Assembly: GCF_001194135.2 (NCBI RefSeq)
Contig: NC_068982.1
Location: 45,052,145-45,116,144 of the forward strand
DNA length: 64,000 nt
Direction of reading: 5' to 3'
DNA from: Octopus bimaculoides
Taxonomy: Eukaryota
Positions 54,201 to 60,200 of this stretch are shown piece after piece. The notes beneath the pieces were generated by a model that worked only from the letters and a program-made list of their open reading frames with translations, ran no database searches and was not told the DNA's origin. Both the position numbers and the translations under genes were made by a program. The first letter of the stretch is position 1. The number at the start of each line of letters is the position of its first letter.

Positions 54201-57200
54201 ACATAAGCATGTATGGATTTTAATCATATTTTAATCATATTTTCCAGCATACAAGTCTATTTAGTATATAGTGTAAACATTCAAACACTATCATTATCTT
54301 TCCAAATCCTGTCATGTTTCACATGGAATTTTCAGTCCTCCAAAGTTGTCTTGGTGTATAAGTTGACCGACTTTTTTTGGCTGTAAATTTTGATATGAGA
54401 AACTCACCTTGTACACTGGAAAATATGGTCTGCATATATTTATTCACTGTATAAGTGTAAACGTATAAACACATACATATGTAGGAGAGAATGCATATAT
54501 ATATATATATATGGTTTGCTTTACCTCTTCTGGATTTTCACTGGTGATTCTTGCAGCAATAACATGACCCCGTGGTTGTGGTTTAATTTTCAAATCATCA
54601 AATGGAATGATTTGGTCACCTGCAGGATCTTCTCCATACAACAGACGTATGTCTTTGATTCTGTACAACGGAATTCCCATTGCAATCTGAAAATTTCTCA
54701 AAGAATTAATGCTCTGACATAGGAAAAAGTAAATGGAAACATGAATCAATGCAGAGATACCTCAACATACATTGGTAATTAGTTCTAAGACATATCTTAA
54801 TAATTGGTTTGCACATATTCTCACATATATTCCATTTGATTTTTCTCAATTCAGTGTTGGTTTTTAGGTGGGGAGGGTTTGTCAAAATTCTTATGCCTTT
54901 AAATATGCTTGCTGTGACTGACATAAAACTGGATAAACTAAAGTTGAGGTTTATTTTTCTTTTCATTAATTTCTTAAAAATAAAAAATGATGTAAAGTCA
55001 AAAAAGATGACACATTGAAGTATGCCGGTACAATGTTTCTCTTAACTTATCATATCTAATTGTGTAGAGAAATCAACATAACTGAGATAAAAGAAACTAC
55101 TAGATTATATATTACCAACAAAAGCAGTATTAATACCAAGAGGTAATATTTATCTTCCCACTTACAAGTAGATGTTCTGTTAGAACAAACTATACTGCAG
55201 TTGATACCATAAGAGAGACTCACATGGCTTTTGGTGCAAATTGCACTCTTGTTTATATCACTAGCAGGGAGATAAATCCCTACCAACTCCAGCGCCGAGA
55301 CCACCAGATCATGTGATTTCAATCTTCCTTGGTCTTGTCAATGATGGACACTTGACTGCTAGAGATAGCAGCAACTCATTTCCCCACCAGCAACAGATAG
55401 AGTAACAGTGCCTGAACCAGCACTGGTGTCATGATTAGCCAGTGAGTTTGTCAGAACAATGTATCTATTAGTGACAGATGTGAATGGGTAGAGGTTAGAA
55501 GAGTGTATGGGAGAATGAGCAATGGTAAGAGATAACTGGCACTCTGTCAGTTACAATGATGAGGGTTCTAATCGATCCCATCAATAGAACAGCCTCTCAT
55601 GAAATTAATGTACAAGTGGCTGAGCATGTCACAGATACCACATACTCATAATGTAGTTTTGAAGGATATTTTTGCCATCTGAGTGCATTGGAGCAATGTG
55701 AAATAAAGTGTCTTGCTCAAGGACACAATACACAGCCAGGAATCAAACTCACAACCTTACAATCCTAAGCTGAATATCTTAACCACTAAGCTACGTGCCT
55801 AACCACAATGATTAGAGATAGGAAACAGGTGAGTGGCATGAATATAACGAATGAAGAACGAGAGTTAAAGGGTGGCCTATATACTTTCGTGTTTCAAACA
55901 AATGCAATCAATAAGAGATTTAGTTGTATTAAAAAATAAAAACTTGAGATTTATCGATAAATGTCTATATTGTGTTGTATAAGTATTCTATAAAATTTTA
56001 ATTTCAACAGTGACTAAAAACATCTGCAAATGAATGTTGTTGTTGTTGGCACTCCGTCACTTACGACGTCTAGGGTTCCAGTTGATCCGATCAACAGAAC
56101 AGCCTGCTCGTGAAATTAACGTGCAAGTGGCTGAGCACTCCACAGACACGTGTACCCTTAACGTAGTTCTCGGGGATATTCAGTGTGACACAGTGTGACA
56201 AGGCTAACCCTTTGAATTACAGGCACAACAGAAACAGGAAGTAAGAGTGAGAGAAAGTTGTGGTGGAAGAGTACAGCAGGGTTCACCACCATCCCCTGCC
56301 AGAGCCTCATGGAGTTTTAGGTGTTTTCGCTCAATAAACACTCACAACGCCCGGTCTGGGAATCAAAACCGCGATCCTATGACCACGAGTCCGCTGCCCT
56401 AACAACTGGGCCATTGCGCCTCCACTGCAAATGAATAGAATTAAGAATAATCAAGAGAAAGAAACAGGAACTGCAATATGTTTGAGATATTGTTTTACCT
56501 GCAATTGGGCGGCGGGAAGGTTAACATCTGCAATCATCTCTGTACATGGATGTTCCACTTGTAACCGTGGATTTAATTCAAGAAAGTAGAATGAGTCATC
56601 TTCACAATATAGGTATTCCACTGTTCCTGCACTCACATAACCAACCATTTTTGCTAATGTCACAGCAGCCTGGAAACAAATGTTAATTATAAGTAAATTT
56701 TATTGCATTGAAGATTTGATACTGCACAAAATAGGCATACATTTGCTACAGTTTGATATCGTTTACTTGAATAATATGGTTAAAGAATCACCTCAGATGT
56801 CTGTTTCACTGAAGAGGTTTCATAAGACTGAAACATATCCAAAGCTGCTTTCTGTACTTGCCAGAGTTGTTAAAATAATTATAGTTCATTGATTAAAATT
56901 GCCTTTTCTACATTGCACGAAAACTTCTAAATGGATTTTTAAAGCTCACTGTGTTAATATATTAACACTAACTTAACTATAGTTTTTCAAATAGATGGTT
57001 TCTCTGAGGAATCTATTTTACTGAAACATCACGATCACACACTTCAATACTGTTAGCTGACAGGAATTGTTACTAAACATTGTTATGACAAAGAGAAAAA
57101 AAAACAGCTTTACTGCAATACACTTCCTGAAAAACTCCTGTGTTTCCAGTTCAATATAAAGCAGTTCAAAGACAGCAAGCTGGCAGAATCATTAGTAGGC

Positions 57201-60200
57201 TGGGCAAAATAACTAGGAGCATTTTAAGTTCTGAGTTCGAATTCCACAGAGGTCAACTTGAACTTTCATCCGTTCAGGGTCAATAAAATGAGTAACAGTC
57301 GAGTACTGGGGTTGATGTATCAACTTAACCCCTCCCCAAAATTCCTGGCCTTGTGCCAAAATTTGAAACCAATATAATGCAGTTCAACGTTAATCAATAT
57401 GGAATAGAAATCATTCTCAAACAGAACTCTTTTGAAAAAGAAATATCATTTATACAAAAGTAAAATATATTTTGTGAAGGAAAAATTACACCTGCCTTTT
57501 CCATTTCTTCAAATGTTTCTGGCTTTGCAACAACAACAGGTGCTTCTTCAATGATTTTTTGATGACGCCTTTGAATTGAACAGTCTCTGCCAAACAGAGA
57601 GATTGCATTGCCATAGTTGTCAGCTAATATCTGAACCTCAAGATGACGAGCAGCCATTGCAAGTTTCATGACAAATATTGGTGAGCCAGGCACTTCACTT
57701 TGTACCTAAAAATAAAAATTTTTTTTTTATTCAATCTCGTTATATTTGTGATATATTTGGATAAAAATTACATTTAAAATGGCAGCTTATATCATTGTTG
57801 CAGTTTATTTTAATCCTACTTAAGAGTGAGAAAAAACTTTTTACAATACATGGAAAAATAATACATCTAATAAGAATGTTTTCTAGATTTACGTACTCAT
57901 TCAGTCCTATTTGGAATTAAACTCTTTTAATTAGGAATACTGTCTAACAGATTTTATAAAGGTGAATACATCTCATATGAAATATTTTCAACAAATCCAA
58001 AATTTTATGACCTTTTTTTTTAACTATTAATTAGATTATATAGTTATAATGTTGAGGAACTGTAAATGTTAACCCTTTCACTACAAAATTAAATTTCATA
58101 GTTATTCTAATGATAATATTAAATATCTACCAAAAAATGGAATTGGTATTTTCTAAAAGTCATGTTGCCTCAATAAATTTTTGACATATCTCAAGGAAAA
58201 AAATTTCAAACATGTCATTTCAATGCAAAAGATAAACAAGTATATAAAACTGCTTTTCACAGTTAAAGATAATGAAATTTTGAGTGGATATATCTGATTG
58301 TCATGGTAAGAGAGTTAAATAGTTAATATAGCCAATGTGTTAAGCCCTCATGAGGGGCCAGATTGCACTCCTATTTATGGTTGAATGGTTGGTTTATACT
58401 CGTGTGTAAATTGCTGTTGAAGAGCTAAATGACTGTACTCAAGTTGTGTCCCTTCAGGTGCTGCTACAGAGCATTCGTGATCACCACCACTACCACCATC
58501 ACCACCTCATGTTTGTTCCAATGTAAACATTCCTACCTATTTCTAACATGAAAATTTTGATGTAAAAATCATGCCACCAAAAGTTTTTTTCCCTTTTTTT
58601 TTAAACAAATAATTATACTAACCTGTCTGAATAAATTTAGAAAATCATCAGCATTATTTGCTTTTCTGATACCACGTCCACCCCCACCTTCTGATGCCTT
58701 GATCATGACAGGAAAACCAATCTTGTAAGCCACTTGTAAGGCCTCATCCACATTCTGAATGCATCCTTTATTATATAGGTCTTTAGGTACCATTTGTGTT
58801 TGGCCCTTATTTAGTTCTATATCACTCTTCTTTAGACTTAAACCTATAAAAAGAACAGTTTTTGGTTTTTAATTTTAAAATTTAATATACATACTTTCAC
58901 CATTATTTAGCAATCAATGCAGCAAAAAAAAAAAAAATTAACAAAAATTGTATATTCTAACAAATGTTTCTGAACATTGTGTTTATAACTAATTATAATT
59001 AAAAAAAAAAATAAATAAAATAAAACTTTTGTAAAAGATTTAACTCTTTAGCATTTAAACTGGTTATATCTGGCCCAAATATTCTACCTGTTTTATATTC
59101 AAACTACCTCTCATACCTACCCTACATTAACATACTAAAAACAAACAGTCACCTCATTGAAATCTCAAAGCTATGAGGTAATGCATGGTTAATTCAAAAC
59201 AATATAAATAAATGTGCATTACATTTGACAGAGTAATCTGAACACTCAAGTTATTTATAAAACATAAAGTGCCCAGTCTCCAATGCATTTTTCTGTTACA
59301 ATCTTTTCCAATGAAGGTAGAAACATTTCATGCTATAAAAAATTATACCAAAAATTAACCAGCTGTACACCTAATGACTCCAACTCTGTTTTTTTTTTAA
59401 GACTTATTCAATGTTCACTTCTTGTGCAAAAAAGACTTATTCAATGTCCACTTCCTGTGCATAAAAGTAACCAAAACTGCATGAATAGTACATAGTACTA
59501 ATCATGAAGTTTTGGTTACTTTTTCAGATGAATTGTACTGCACCTGAGCACTGTATACAATTAAGTTCTTTACTATTATTATATTTTCTGGCATAAAACT
59601 GACATAGTAAATACTGTAAACATGTAGTATAAACATTCAAACATCATCACTATCTTTCTAAATTCTGCTGCATTTCACATGAAATTTTTGGTCCTCCAAA
59701 GTTGTCTTGGCATGTAAGTCAACCTACTTTTTTTAGCAGTAAATTTGGATCAGGAAAATTTGACTAGTATGCTACAAAATTTGATATATATCTAACAAGT
59801 TAAATGCTTGCAAAGCTGAGATTCGCAGCAGTAGCCATATCAATCATTTTGGTTCATTTAATTCTATTAGAAGCCTCAAATTTATTTGTAACAGAAAACA
59901 TGGAAGTCTGACATTCATTCTCCCCAAAACAGTACATACAACTGAAAAATCAAAGCTACATCACAAAAACTATGCTTGCTAATACTTAGATTCACGTCAT
60001 CAATTACTGATATTCATGTTAATCTTATTTCATTAAGTTATATTAGCGTTTAGTTAGGAACTTCCTATAGGCCATATCCAGATAGTTTCTTAATCAGCAC
60101 TAACTTCATTATAGTCTTAAATAAGGAACTAGTATGAGAAAATATTGGTTTCGAATTTTGGCACAAGGTCAGAAATTTTGAGGGAGGAAACAAGTCAATT

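Noticed and set aside
57491-57492. Canonical GT donor for exon 5
   Set aside because: It gives phase 1 and a frameshift with the exon 6 acceptor; the alternative rescue acceptor would delete conserved residues.
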